From: Chloroflexia bacterium
GTDB taxonomy: Bacteria > Chloroflexota > Chloroflexia > Thermomicrobiales > CADCWN01
DNA: 32,000 nucleotides
Direction of reading: 5' to 3'
Assembly: GCA_046328475.1 (NCBI GenBank)
Contig: JAXLWN010000067.1
Location: forward strand, 4,263 to 36,262
Shown: piece by piece, positions 1 through 10,370 of the stretch
How positions within the stretch are numbered: position 1 is the first letter of the stretch
Layout of the letters: every line of letters begins with the position of its first letter
Program-made: the position numbers and the translations under genes
The notes under the pieces: generated by a model
Database searches by the model: none
Told to the model about the DNA's origin: nothing
What the model saw: only the letters and a program-made list of their open reading frames with translations

Positions 1-12
1 CGCGGCTGCGCT

Positions 13-579
13 ATGACGACGACTCGGAAGAATTCGAAGCATTGGCGCTGGAAATGCTGTGCCGACGCTCCGGCCATCTACGAGCGGATCGATCTGTCGG
101 CGTTCAAACTGAGCCACTCGACGTGCTCAAGTGCGATCACGCCGGTTGTCCGGCGCGGTTACGCGCCGCTCGGTGACGGCAAATATGCCGTCGCCATCGG
201 CGATGTTCATGTGCTGAACGATCCGGTACTCGGGCAGGGGGCGAACGCCGCCTCGCATGCCGCCTGGACGCTCGGCGAGGCAATCGCCGCTGGTGGGCCA
301 TTCGACGAAGCGTTCTGCCGCCGCGTGGAGGGGCGCTCCTGGGAGTACGCGAGCGCGGTGACGGAATGGACCAACGCGGCGCTGCAGCCGCCCGCGCCGC
401 ATGCCATCGCACTCTTCGCCGCCGCCGCCCAGGACAAGGCGATCGCCGACGAACTGGTCGACAACTTCAACGCCCCGGCGCGCAACTGGGCGATCTTTGG
501 CAGTCCAGAAGGGGCAGCAGCCTATCTGGAGCAGCATGGCCTGGCCGTGGCCGATGCCGTCGCGCATAGCCACGGCTGA
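13..579 (+). CDS. FAD-dependent monooxygenase, styrene monooxygenase (StyA)-like, C-terminal part (gene begins left of window or is frameshifted near its start)
   Basis: ORF with ITPVVRRGYAPLGDGKYAVAIGDVHVLNDPVLGQGANAASHAAWTLGEAI, a flavoprotein monooxygenase GD...P..GQGAN motif. The first ~60 nt read better in another frame (RLRYDDDSEEFEALALEML), suggesting an indel. Confidence 0.65.
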   Translation: MTTTRKNSKHWRWKCCADAPAIYERIDLSAFKLSHSTCSSAITPVVRRGYAPLGDGKYAVAIGDVHVLNDPVLGQGANAASHAAWTLGEAIAAGGPFDEAFCRRVEGRSWEYASAVTEWTNAALQPPAPHAIALFAAAAQDKAIADELVDNFNAPARNWAIFGSPEGAAAYLEQHGLAVADAVAHSHG

Positions 580-771
580 GTTTTCGCTGGCGTGACCTGG
601 TCGGTGGAACTCGCCGCGCGATGAACGCATCCCCCACTGTCCGCACACTCTCCTCATGCTGTTCGCAGCCACCGGGGTCTGCCAGGGGGCAAACTCGTTG
701 GCAGCGACCCTCCCGTACAGGGTGGCGTCGATGAAAAGTATTGCGCCAGGCAATCAGGTATCGCGCCTGAA

Positions 772-1656
772 ATGGGCGAGCACTTTATCCTGAAGACGAC
801 CCCTCCCGGCATTTCAGGCGCGATTTTGAAGAAGCGAGAGCTGATGAACTCTGTACAGCAAGCCCCACCCGTCGAGCGCGCCCCAGCACACCCTTTTGCG
901 CTCGAATTGCGGGGACTCTCCAAGGATTTCCGCCTCCCTGTCCTCCGCGACCTCACGCTTGGGGTGCGGCCCGGCGAGTTTGTCTGCCTGCTCGGCCCGA
1001 ATGGCTGCGGCAAGACGACCCTGCTGCGTATCCTCGCGGGCCTGGAGGAACCTGATCATGGCCAGGTATTGATCGCTAACGAGCCCGTCGCTGCGCAATC
1101 CGATCGTGCACGGCGGGTCGGAGTGGTCTTCCAGGAGTCGCGCTTGCTCCCCTGGCGCTCGGTGCTCGACAACATCACGCTCTGCCTCAAACCACTGGGG
1201 CTGCACGGAGAGGCCGCGCGGCAACGGGTCGGCACCTACCTCGACCTCGTCGGGTTGCGCGGGTTCGAGCGCGAGTTCCCCGGCCGGCTGTCGGGGGGTA
1301 TGCAGCAGCGCGCGGCGATCGCCCGCGCGCTGGCAACCGGACCGACAATCCTGCTGATGGACGAGCCGTTCAGCGCGCTCGACCCGGAGACGCGCCGCAT
1401 CATGCAGGACGAGTTGGTGAAGCTGTGGGAGGCGATGGGGACCACGATCCTCTTCGTGACACACAACATCGAGGAGGCGCTGCGAATCGGGAACCGGGTC
1501 GCCCTGCTCACCGCCCGCCCCGCGCGGGTCCGCACAGACCTACCGGTCGCGACTGGGGACGACCGCCAGCAGATAGCAGAGCAGTTGCTCGAGCAACTCT
1601 CGGAGGAAGTATGGCGACAACGCCGTCAGGAGACGCCGAGTGCAGTCGCGGGGTGA
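772..1656 (+). CDS. ABC transporter ATP-binding protein, nitrate/sulfonate/taurine type (SsuB/TauB-like)
   Basis: Walker A LLGPNGCGKTT, signature LSGGMQQRAAIARAL, Walker B ILLMDEPFSALD. The true start may be an internal ATG (e.g. near 844). Confidence 0.93.
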   Translation: MGEHFILKTTPPGISGAILKKRELMNSVQQAPPVERAPAHPFALELRGLSKDFRLPVLRDLTLGVRPGEFVCLLGPNGCGKTTLLRILAGLEEPDHGQVLIANEPVAAQSDRARRVGVVFQESRLLPWRSVLDNITLCLKPLGLHGEAARQRVGTYLDLVGLRGFEREFPGRLSGGMQQRAAIARALATGPTILLMDEPFSALDPETRRIMQDELVKLWEAMGTTILFVTHNIEEALRIGNRVALLTARPARVRTDLPVATGDDRQQIAEQLLEQLSEEVWRQRRQETPSAVAG

Positions 1657-2488
1657 GTGGATGAAGCAAGGGGCCACCCGTCCACTGGTGGGCGCACAAC
1701 GTAAGGAGGGGGCCACCGACCGAGGGCGCGGCACGCTCTGGCGCGTGGTCGAGCGGCTGCACCTCCCCACGCTGGTCGTGCTGCTGATCGGCGTGGTGAT
1801 CTGGTCGCTGCTCTCCCAGCGATTCGGCCAGTATTTGCTCCCCTCGCCGGGGCGGGTGTTGCGTGCGCTCGACCAGTTGGTCACCAGTGGCGATATTTGG
1901 GTCCACATCGGGGCCACCTTGCGGCGCATCGGCCTCGGTTTCGGTGCCGCCTGCGGCGTTGCCCTCGTGGTCGGTTTCTGCGCCTCGCGGCTTCGCCCGG
2001 TCGAACTGGTAATCCGCGATCTCACGGCGATCCTGAACAGCACCTCGGTCTTCGTCTGGATCGTGCTGGCGATGATCTGGTTCGGCCTGACCGACCGGGC
2101 TCCGGTCTTCACCACCTTCATGATCACCCTGCCAGTGCTCCTCAGCAATGTACTGGAAGGGGTCGCGAGCGTCGATCGCAAGTTGCTGGAGATGGCCCGC
2201 GCTTACCGGTTCGGCAGCCTGGATCGCTTCGTCCAGATCACGATCCCGAGTATCAGCCCTTATCTGCTGGCCGGGATGAGCAATGCCTTCGCCCTCGCCC
2301 TGCGGGTGAGCGTGATCGCGGAGATCTTCGGGGTGACCACCGGCATCGGCTATCAGATGAATTACAGCCGCGACATCCTGCGCACCGACCTGATGTTCGC
2401 CTGGGCGGTGGTCCTGATCGTGGTGATGGTCGTGGTCGATCGCCTCGTCTTCGTGACGATTTCGCGCCGCGTGAGCCGCTGGCGCTGA
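1640..2488 (+). CDS. ABC transporter permease (SsuC/TauC-like)
   Basis: Hydrophobic protein with EMARAYRFGSLDRFVQITIPSISPYLLAGMSNAFALALRVSVIAEIFG, a typical permease EAA loop. Overlaps the upstream ATPase gene. Confidence 0.9.
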   Translation: MQSRGEWMKQGATRPLVGAQRKEGATDRGRGTLWRVVERLHLPTLVVLLIGVVIWSLLSQRFGQYLLPSPGRVLRALDQLVTSGDIWVHIGATLRRIGLGFGAACGVALVVGFCASRLRPVELVIRDLTAILNSTSVFVWIVLAMIWFGLTDRAPVFTTFMITLPVLLSNVLEGVASVDRKLLEMARAYRFGSLDRFVQITIPSISPYLLAGMSNAFALALRVSVIAEIFGVTTGIGYQMNYSRDILRTDLMFAWAVVLIVVMVVVDRLVFVTISRRVSRWR

Positions 2489-2507
2489 GACGAGGAGGAG
2501 TTCAATC

Positions 2508-3620
2508 ATGGCAATGACGCGACGAGATTTTCTCAACAAGGCCGGGCTCGCGGCCGGTGGGTTGGGGCTGGCCTCCGTGCTCGCTGCATGTGGTGGCGGC
2601 ACGACACCCACCTCGGCTGCCTCCGGGGGAACAGTCCCCGGCACCGGCAGCCCTGGTCGGGGCACGCCAGGCGGAGCGACACCCGGCGGGGCCACGCCCG
2701 GCGGTGCGAGCAAGCCCTCGCGCAAATTCTCGCTCGGCTACCTGACCCTCGGTTGGGCTGGCATCGAGATCACCCACAAGCTCGATTTGCTCAAGCAGCG
2801 TGGCTGGAACACCGAATGGCAGTCGGTGGGGCCGATCAACGGGCTGATCAACGCCTACGCGTCGAAGCAGGTTGAGCTGATCGACATGGCGCTGGTCCTC
2901 GCCGCCCAGATGTACGAGAACGGGGTGCCGCTGACGATCTTCGGCACTGCCGTCGCCACCCTCGGGTCGATCGTCGTCCCCGAGGACTCCTCAATCAAGT
3001 CGGTGACCGATCTCAAGGGTCGCAAGGTGGGCGGAATCCCCGGCTCGGCGACCGCCCAGGATGTCAACGCCTCGCTCCGCAAGGTCCACGGTTTCGACCT
3101 CTTCACCGACACCCAGTTCGTCCAGGCGACCGCCCCCGCGGATCTGATCGGGCTGATGCAAAAGCGCGACGTTGAGGCGGGCTTCGTCTGGGAGCCGATC
3201 ACCTCGCAACTGAAAGTGAATGCCGCCTATCGCGTGCTGGCATCGCAGCAGGAACTCTGGGAACAGGCCAGCGGGACAAGCACGAGCCAGATCCACGTCG
3301 TCTATGTGACCACACCGGAAATCGCTCGCGAGTACAGGGCCCTGCTCGCCGATGTCAACCAGTGCCAGGCGGAGGTCGCCGACCTCTGGCAGAAGAAGGA
3401 TGCGAAGGCGATCGACGCGATCATGCAGGTGACCCAACTGCCGAAGGATGTCGTCGAAATGGCGCTGGGACAAACGAATCCGCTCTTTGGCCTCACCGAC
3501 GAGCACATCCAGACGATCCTGACGCAGCTCAAGCTGAACCGCGAAAACGGCACCATCCTCAAGTCGGATAGTTGGCTCGACCCGGCGAAAGTCAGCCCCG
3601 ACCTCTTCTTCCGGCTCTAG
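2508..3620 (+). CDS. ABC transporter substrate-binding protein (NitT/TauT family), Tat/lipoprotein signal
   Basis: N-terminus MAMTRRDFLNKAGLAAGGLGLASVLAACGGG (twin-arginine plus lipobox), Pro/Gly/Thr-rich linker, NMT1/SsuA-like body, immediately downstream of permease. Confidence 0.9.
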   Translation: MAMTRRDFLNKAGLAAGGLGLASVLAACGGGTTPTSAASGGTVPGTGSPGRGTPGGATPGGATPGGASKPSRKFSLGYLTLGWAGIEITHKLDLLKQRGWNTEWQSVGPINGLINAYASKQVELIDMALVLAAQMYENGVPLTIFGTAVATLGSIVVPEDSSIKSVTDLKGRKVGGIPGSATAQDVNASLRKVHGFDLFTDTQFVQATAPADLIGLMQKRDVEAGFVWEPITSQLKVNAAYRVLASQQELWEQASGTSTSQIHVVYVTTPEIAREYRALLADVNQCQAEVADLWQKKDAKAIDAIMQVTQLPKDVVEMALGQTNPLFGLTDEHIQTILTQLKLNRENGTILKSDSWLDPAKVSPDLFFRL

Positions 3621-3701
3621 CGGGGAATCGATTGTGCGATGGCATTGCCTACACCGCAGCATTCGACCGACGAGAGGTGACGTACATCGGAGGAATGCCT
3701 G

Positions 3702-4941
3702 ATGAAAGTGATCATTGCGGGATGCGGCATCGGCGGTCTCACCGCCGCGCTGGCGCTGCACCGGGCCGGGATCGAAGCCGAACTCTTCGAGCAGGCGCAG
3801 GAAGTGCGCGAACTCGGCGTCGGCATCAACCTGCTGCCGCACGCCGTCAAGGCGCTGGCCGGGCTTGGCCTGCTGCCCGCACTGGACGAGGTGGGCATTC
3901 GCCAGCGCCTCCTGGTCCTGATGAACCGCCACGGGCAGACGGTCTGGGAGGAGCCGCGCGGCCTCGACGCCGGCTACGATCTGCCGCAGATCAGCATTCA
4001 TCGCGGCAAGCTGCAGGGGGTCCTCTATCGCGCGGTCCTCGACCGCCTGGGACCGGAGCGCGTCCACACCGGACTCCGCCTGACCGGCTACGCCGAGCGA
4101 GGCGATCGCATCCTGGCGCAATTCGCGCGCCGCGCCGATGGCGTGCTGGTCGAGGCCAGCGGCGATCTGCTGGTCGGTGCCGACGGCATCCATTCGGCGC
4201 TGCGGTGGATCTTCTACCCCGACGAAGGCCCGCCCGCCTGGAACGGGCACATGCTCTGGCGTGGCGCAACCGAGTGGCCGATCTACGCCGACGGTCTCAC
4301 GCAAGTGATCGCGGGCGGGAACGACGCCAAGCTCGTCTACTACCCGGTCCACGCCGACCCGGCGCGCCCCGACACCCAACTGACCAACTGGGCGATCATG
4401 GCACGCCTGGGCGACGGCTCACAACCGCTGCCGCGCCGCGAGGACTGGAGCCGACCTGGGCGATTGGACGAAGCCCTGCCGTACGCGACACCTTCCGCCT
4501 CGATTTCGTCGATTTGAGGCGCTGATGTCAACGACCGAGACCTTCTACGAGTTCCCCTGCTGCGACCGCGACCCGGTCGATCGCTGGTCCTTCGGCCGCG
4601 CCACGCTGCTCGGCGACGCCGCCCACCCGATGTACCCGACCGGCAGCAACGGCGCGAGCCAGGCGATCCTCGATGCCCTCGCGCTTGCCGCTCACCTGAT
4701 GTCGGGTGCCCCCGTAGCCAGGGCGTTGGCAGCCTACGACGCCGAGCGCCGCCCCGCCACAGCTGCGATCACCCTTTCCAATCGCCGTGGTGGCGGAAGG
4801 GGTGATCGACCTGGTCGAGGCGCGGGCACCGGGGGCTTCACCGACCTCGGTGCCGTGGCGAGCCATGCCGAACGCGAGGCGGTCGTGCGCGGCTACGCCA
4901 CCCTGGCCGGTTACGCCGTTGACCAGGTGAACCAGCCCTGA
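3702..4941 (+). CDS. FAD-dependent monooxygenase (PhzS / salicylate hydroxylase-like), split by a frameshift near 4510
   Basis: MKVIIAGCGIGGLTAALALHRAGIEAELFEQ (Rossmann GxGxxG), then in another frame RATLLGDAAHPMYPTGSNGASQAILDALALA (GDAAHP motif). Confidence 0.85.
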
Positions 4942-4986
4942 GGCCCCCAGCGGTTGTACGACGAGCACGATGAGAGGAGGCAATCC

Positions 4987-5506
4987 GATGACCGATCCGC
5001 ACACCAACCAGGACGAAGAGCCTCGATGGCTACAGCAACGATGCGCACCCTGGAGTCGCGCGCACGACGAACTCGCGAAAGGCCTACCAGCGCCGACATC
5101 ACCCATTTCCTGGGCACGAGCAAGCCCCGATGGCGCGCCCGCACGTCGCCGGGGTCGGGGCGGCCTGGCTCGACGGCGACTTCTATGTCACCAGCAACCT
5201 CAACGCGCGCAAGGCCCGCAACCTGGCCGCGAACCCGACCTGCACGATCGCCGTCAAGCTGGCGGGCATCGATCTGACGTTCTTCGGGACCGCCGCGCGG
5301 TGAGCGATGCGGCCGCGCTGGCAAGCTCGCCGCAATCTACCGCGAAGGCGGCTGGCCCGCCGAGGTCGCGGGCGATGCGCTGGCCCTTTTCAGTGCACCC
5401 AGCGCCGGCCCGTCGCCGTGGCGTCTTCCGCTTCACCTTCGATCGGGTCGTCGGCGTCGCGGGGCCGTCCCTTCGGCGCGACCCTCTGGGAGTTCGCCCG
5501 CGCTGA
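4987..5506 (+). CDS. Pyridoxamine 5'-phosphate oxidase-like (PPOX-fold) protein, frameshifted
   Basis: Bridging frames gives ...THFLGTSKP.GRPH...DGDFYVTSNLNARKARNLAANPTCTIAVKLAGIDLTFFGTA..., a typical PPOX/F420-family pattern. Confidence 0.65.
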
Positions 5507-5555
5507 CCATGTGCCACGCGCGGCCTTTCCCGATATCGAGAGTAGGAGATCGAGC

Positions 5556-5945
5556 GATGGAACCGAACAGCCCCGAACAGTGGTGGCCTCTTTCAGCGGG
5601 CGATGGGCGCTGGCGATATCGAGGCGCTGCTGCGTCTCTACGGTGACGGTAATCGCCGGTGCGGACGGCCAGATGCGGCCGGACACGACGGCGTGCGCGC
5701 ACAGCTCAGGCCGCTGGTGGAGGCGCGGGCGAACTTCGACTTCACAATCAAGAAGATCATCGGTCCGGCGACCTGGCCTTGCCTCACACCGCAGTGCAGA
5801 TCAGCGGACCACGCATCAGTTCGGGCTACGCGCTCGAAGTCCTGCGTCGGCAACCAGATGGGCGCTGGCTGCTGGTCCTCGGCGACCCCTTCACCATCGG
5901 CGCAGCGATCGAGGAAGCGGCGATTAAAATGGGAGCATCGATTGA
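5556..5945 (+). CDS. SnoaL-like / nuclear-transport-factor-2-fold protein, frameshifted
   Basis: MGAGDIEALLRLYG ... SGYALEVLRRQPDGRWLLVLGDPF, characteristic of DUF4440/SnoaL-like proteins across two frames. Confidence 0.5.
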
Positions 5946-7526
5946 TGGCGACTCAGCAGCTATCTACCGACGGCGGTGCAGCGGCGCTCACGCCAGCGGA
6001 CCCTACACAAAATGCCCGCTGCCGGACCACTCGTTGTCTCGCGGGCCAACCGCGTTACTTCGCAGCCCGTGGGCACGACGGTGCAGAGGGCGGGCCATCT
6101 GCCTGACCGGTTCGCACGTCTGGAATAACTTCCACGATGGGATGGGACCGGGTCGGGATTGCCCCGGAACCGGAACGGCTCGATTTCGATGCCTACCTCG
6201 CCTTTCTCGCGGACTACGTACCATTTCATCCGCCTGGCGCTGGTGATTCCGCTCGCAGGCTGCCGGTGGCGACTACCTATCTGCATGTCCCCGCAGCCGT
6301 GGCCCAGGAGCGGGGCGGGTGTTGCGACCGACGGCCAGCCGAAGTTCGATCTCACGCAGTTCGACCCGGCCTACTTCGCGCGGCTCCGCGAGCGTGTCAG
6401 CGCCGCCGGCGAGCGCGGCATCTACGTCGCGATCATGCTCTTTGACGGCTTCGCCCTCCACGCATCGGCCCGCACCCGACCACATCCGGTTACCCGTTCC
6501 GCGCGAACAACGTCAACGGGATCGCCATCGCCTCGATCAACGACTACCAGGTCCTGCCGCTCGATCCGCGTGTCCAGACTTTCCAGCAAGCGTACATCCG
6601 GCAGGTCGTCGAGACCGTCCACGACTTGCCCAACGTCCTCTACGAGGTCGCCAACGAGTCGGTGGGTGGCGGGCGTGTGGACCGCGAGTTCGCGGATATC
6701 TGCTCGGGCTGGCCGACGTGCCCGACTGGGGCGACTCGACCACCTGGCAATACTGGGTGATCCACACCATCAAGGAGCACGAACAGCGGATGGGCTACGA
6801 CCAGCACCCGGTCGGGATGACGATGCAGTTCCAGTTTGCCGACCAGCGGCGGGTCAACGCCCCCCTCCTTAATAGTCGCGCCGACTGGATCTCGCCCGGC
6901 TATGACGACGACGCCTTCGCTGAGGGCGGGCATCCCGGCCACGACGGCAGCCCGGAGTCGCGCTGGTACATCGACCCACCCGCTGGGGACGGCACCAAGG
7001 TCATCCTCACCGATACCGACCACTACGCGGCGGGCAAGGGCGACCCGCTCTGGGTCTGGAAGTCCTTCCTGCGCGGCCACCACCCGATCCTGATGGACTA
7101 CGGCCTGATCGCCGCCGCGACCGCACCCAACCTGGGCGCGGGGACGCCGGAATACGAGGCGTTCGAACCGGTCCGCCGCGCCATGGGCGACACGCGCCGT
7201 TTCGCCGAGCGGATCGATCTGTCCGCGATGGTGCAAACGGCGAACTCGCTTCGACTGGCTATGTGCTGGCGAACCCTGGCGCAGAGTACCTCGTCCTGCA
7301 AGCGGGCAACACGACGGTGCCGTTCACCGTCATGCTGGAGGCGGGCACCTACCGTGCGGAGTGGCACGATGTCGAGCGGCGCGCGGTGACGAGGGAAGGC
7401 GTAGTCAATGCCGAACGTCGTGCCACGCTTGAGTTCCGCAGCCCGTTCGCGGCATCGGGCGGTGTCGTGCTCTACCTGAAGAAGATCGCGCACGCTCTCG
7501 TGTCGCGGACGATGCTGGTGGGTTGA
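5946..7526 (+). CDS. Glycoside hydrolase-like protein (DUF4038-like TIM barrel with C-terminal collagen-binding-like beta domain), multiple frameshifts
   Basis: AICLTGSHVWNNFHDG ... LDFDAYLAFL ... LPNVLYEVANES ... WQYWVIHTIKEHEQRMGYDQHPVGMTMQF ... LANPGAEYLVLQAGNTTVPFTVMLEAGTYRAEWHDVERR. Confidence 0.65.
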
Positions 7527-7588
7527 CTCGTGCTGCTCGGAGCAGTGACGGCTAGCAGGGCATGGGTAGCGGCCGGGAAGGAGGCGCG

Positions 7589-8131
7589 ATGCGGAATGCC
7601 GAGTTGAGCGATGCTCGACCGTGGCGGTTGAGGCCCCCGACGCGCAAGACGCTCCTGGTCATCCACATCGCGTCGGGCGGCGCGTGGATCGGGATCGATG
7701 TCGTCATGGGCGTCATGGTCTTCACCGCCCTCGGTGGCGACGATGCCACCAGGGCGCTCTGCTACCGCGCGCTCGAATTGTTCGCTGGTTGGCCGCTGAT
7801 CGTGACTGGCCTGATCTGCCTCGCCAGCGGCGTCCTCCTCGGCCTCGGCACGGTCTATGGTCTGCTGCGCTACTGGTGGGTCGTGGTCAAGCTCGTGCTG
7901 AACGTCGTCCTCGTCGCCCTGGTCGCGATCCTCTTGCGGCCGGGGGTCGTCGAACTGGCAGAACAAGGGCGACGCTTCGAGGCCGGGCAAGCGGCCATGC
8001 TCGCGACGGGTCAACTCGTCTTCCCACCGATCGTCTCGACAAGCGCGCTCATCTTCGCGACGATCCTGGCCGTCTTCAAGCCATGGGGCCTCATCCGCAA
8101 GCGCCAGGCGCCAGCGCGCAACGCCGAGTAG
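7589..8131 (+). CDS. DUF2269-type integral membrane protein
   Basis: ATG at 7589 preceded by GGAGG-like RBS. HIASGGAWIGIDVVMGVMVFTAL and further hydrophobic helices. Confidence 0.6.
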   Translation: MRNAELSDARPWRLRPPTRKTLLVIHIASGGAWIGIDVVMGVMVFTALGGDDATRALCYRALELFAGWPLIVTGLICLASGVLLGLGTVYGLLRYWWVVVKLVLNVVLVALVAILLRPGVVELAEQGRRFEAGQAAMLATGQLVFPPIVSTSALIFATILAVFKPWGLIRKRQAPARNAE

Positions 8132-8251
8132 GTGCCTGCAACGCCGTCCGCGAATGAAACCGACGTGCAACGAAGGAGACGATTGCCTCCTTCTAGTGAA
8201 GCCACGCCCTCGCGCAAATTGCCGGGCGAGCGCGCAGAGAGGAGAACGCCG

Positions 8252-8860
8252 ATGGATCCCCGTAACACCGCCGTACTCGCAATCCACTGGCAACGAGACA
8301 TCGTGAAGCGCGAAGGAGCCTTCGGCGAGTTCTACGGCGAAATGGTCGAGCGCACCGGCGTCATTGAGCGTTCTGTCAGCCTGCTCGCCAGTGCCCGCGC
8401 GCGAAACGTGCCGATCTTCTATACGCGCGTTTGCTACAGCGAAGGGCATCCGGAACTAGATGCCAACTGCCCGCTCCTCGACCTCGTCGGTCAGCGGAAA
8501 GCCCTGGTGGACGGCTCGCCCGGCGCGATGATCATCCCGGAGTTGTCGCCCCAGCCGGGGGATGTGGTCGTGAGCCACACACGAGTGGCGGGCACCCAGG
8601 GCACCAATCTGGTCGAACAACTCCGGGCACGCGACATCAAGCATGCCGCCATTCTCGGCGTATCGACCAACATCTCGGTGGAAAGTACCGCGCGCAACCT
8701 CGCCGATGCCGGATTCGATGTCCATGTGGTGGCGGACTGCTGCACGACGAGCACCCAGGAGGCGCATGACGCGTCGATTGCGACCCTCGGCCTCCTCACG
8801 CGCACGATCATGAACGCCGACGAGTTCATCGTGGACTTTGCGCGCGGGGGACAGGCCTGA
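8252..8860 (+). CDS. Cysteine hydrolase (isochorismatase-like family)
   Basis: NTAVLAIHWQRDIVKREGAFG ... VVSHTRVAGTQGTNLVEQLRARDIKHAAILGVSTNISVESTARNLADAGFDVHVVADCCTTS. RBS ggag upstream of ATG 8252. An atypical S replaces the canonical nucleophilic Cys in GVSTNISVE. Confidence 0.85.
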   Translation: MDPRNTAVLAIHWQRDIVKREGAFGEFYGEMVERTGVIERSVSLLASARARNVPIFYTRVCYSEGHPELDANCPLLDLVGQRKALVDGSPGAMIIPELSPQPGDVVVSHTRVAGTQGTNLVEQLRARDIKHAAILGVSTNISVESTARNLADAGFDVHVVADCCTTSTQEAHDASIATLGLLTRTIMNADEFIVDFARGGQA

Positions 8861-8890
8861 TCCGATACGTTGCAGCAAGGAAGGTGCCGC

Positions 8891-10306
8891 ATGACCCCGG
8901 AGGAATTCCGCCAGTTTGGCCATCAAGTGATCGATTGGATCGCCGACTACCGCGCGCACGTCGCCGACCTGCCCGTGATGTCACCTGTCGAGCCGGGATC
9001 GGTTCGCGCGCAACTCCCCGTTCATCCGCCCGAGCAGGGCGAACCCTTCGCGGCGATCCTCGCCGATCTGGACCGGCTGATCGCCCCCGGCCTCTCCCAC
9101 TGGCAGCACCCGCGCTTCTTTGCCTACTTCCCCGCCAACGCCAGCCTCGCCTCGGTGCTCGGAGACTTGCTCAGCACGGGACTCGGCACCCTCGGGTTGA
9201 GCTGGCAGTCGAGCCCGGCCCTGACCGAACTGGAGGAGACCGTCACCGACTGGCTGCGCCAGATGATCGGGCTCTCTGATGCGTGGGCGGGCGTGATCCA
9301 GGATTCTGCCTCGACCGCCACCCTGGTCGCCTTGCTCTGCGCCCGTGAGCGCACAACTGGCCACGGGCAGACACGCGGCGGGCTCCAGGCGGAGGAGCGC
9401 CCGCTGGTCGTCTACACCTCCGACCAGAGCCATAGCTCGGTCGAGAAGGACGCGCTCCTCGCCGGCTTCGGCCGGGCGAATGTTCGCGCCCTGCCGACCG
9501 ACGAGCACTTTGCCCTGCGCGTTGATGCGCTGGAAGAGGCGATCCGCGCGGATCTGGCGGCGGGTCGCGTGCCCTGCGCGATCGTCGCGAGCGTTGGCAC
9601 CACGGCGAGCACCGCGCTCGATCCGCTGGAGCCGATCGCGGCGCTGGCGCATGCCCACGGCCTCTGGCTTCACGTCGACGCGGCGCTCGCCGGATCCGCG
9701 ATGATCCTGCCTGAGTGTCGCCCCTTGTGGGCGGGGATCGAGGGGGCCGATTCGCTGGTGATCAACCCTCACAAGTGGCTCGGCGCGGCCTTTGATTGTT
9801 CGCTCTACTACATCCGCGACCAGGATCACCTGGTACAGGTGATGTCGACCAACCCGAGTTTTCTGCGCACCGACGCCGATGGTCGCGTGCGGAATCTGCG
9901 CGATTGGCAGATCCCGCTCGGTCGCCGTTTCCGTGCCCTCAAACTCTGGTGCCTCGTACGGGAGCAGGGTGTGGCCGGACTACAAGCGCGCCTACGCCGA
10001 GACATGAAGAATGCGCGTTGGCTGGCAGAGCAGGTGGACGCAACACCGGGCTGGGAGCGGGTGGCACCGGTCCCGCTCCAGACGGTCTGCGTGCGGCACC
10101 GTCCCGCCGGGCGAGAGAGGGAAGAGCTCGACGCGCACACGCTTGGCTGGGTGGGACGGCTAAACCGCTCTGGGGCCGCCTATCTGACGCCCGCCGTGCT
10201 GGCGGGGAGGTGGATGGCACGCGTGTCGATCGGCGCGGAGCCGACGGAGCGCGTGGATGTCGAGGCGGCATGGCAGGCAATGCGCGCGGAGGCCGAGCGC
10301 GGTTGA
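8891..10306 (+). CDS. Pyridoxal-dependent decarboxylase (aromatic-L-amino-acid decarboxylase-like, group II)
   Basis: WQHPRFFAYFPANASLASVLGDLLS, VASVGTTASTALDPLEPI, HVDAALAGSAMILPE, PLP-lysine motif SLVINPHKWLGAAFDCS. Confidence 0.92.
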   Translation: MTPEEFRQFGHQVIDWIADYRAHVADLPVMSPVEPGSVRAQLPVHPPEQGEPFAAILADLDRLIAPGLSHWQHPRFFAYFPANASLASVLGDLLSTGLGTLGLSWQSSPALTELEETVTDWLRQMIGLSDAWAGVIQDSASTATLVALLCARERTTGHGQTRGGLQAEERPLVVYTSDQSHSSVEKDALLAGFGRANVRALPTDEHFALRVDALEEAIRADLAAGRVPCAIVASVGTTASTALDPLEPIAALAHAHGLWLHVDAALAGSAMILPECRPLWAGIEGADSLVINPHKWLGAAFDCSLYYIRDQDHLVQVMSTNPSFLRTDADGRVRNLRDWQIPLGRRFRALKLWCLVREQGVAGLQARLRRDMKNARWLAEQVDATPGWERVAPVPLQTVCVRHRPAGREREELDAHTLGWVGRLNRSGAAYLTPAVLAGRWMARVSIGAEPTERVDVEAAWQAMRAEAERG

Positions 10307-10370
10307 CCGCCCCTGCCCTGTGCTGGCAACCGCGATAGCTATGCGTCACTGACACAAAGGAGGAGTGATC

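Noticed and set aside
600-753. Short minus-strand ORF (MPGAILFIDATLYGRVAANEFAPWQTPVAANSMRR...)
   Set aside because: Its start looks protein-like but it runs antisense through the StyA-like gene. No recognisable family; could be a remnant but not supportable.
1508-2725. 405-aa minus-strand ORF rich in His/Asp/Glu
   Set aside because: Antisense of ABC permease and SBP start. The His/Asp richness is a by-product of the codon pattern on the other strand.
2991-4379. 462-aa minus-strand ORF
   Set aside because: Antisense to the well-supported SBP and monooxygenase genes. Composition is low-information (Arg/Asp/Val/Gly-rich) with no motif. Long antisense ORFs are expected in high-GC DNA.
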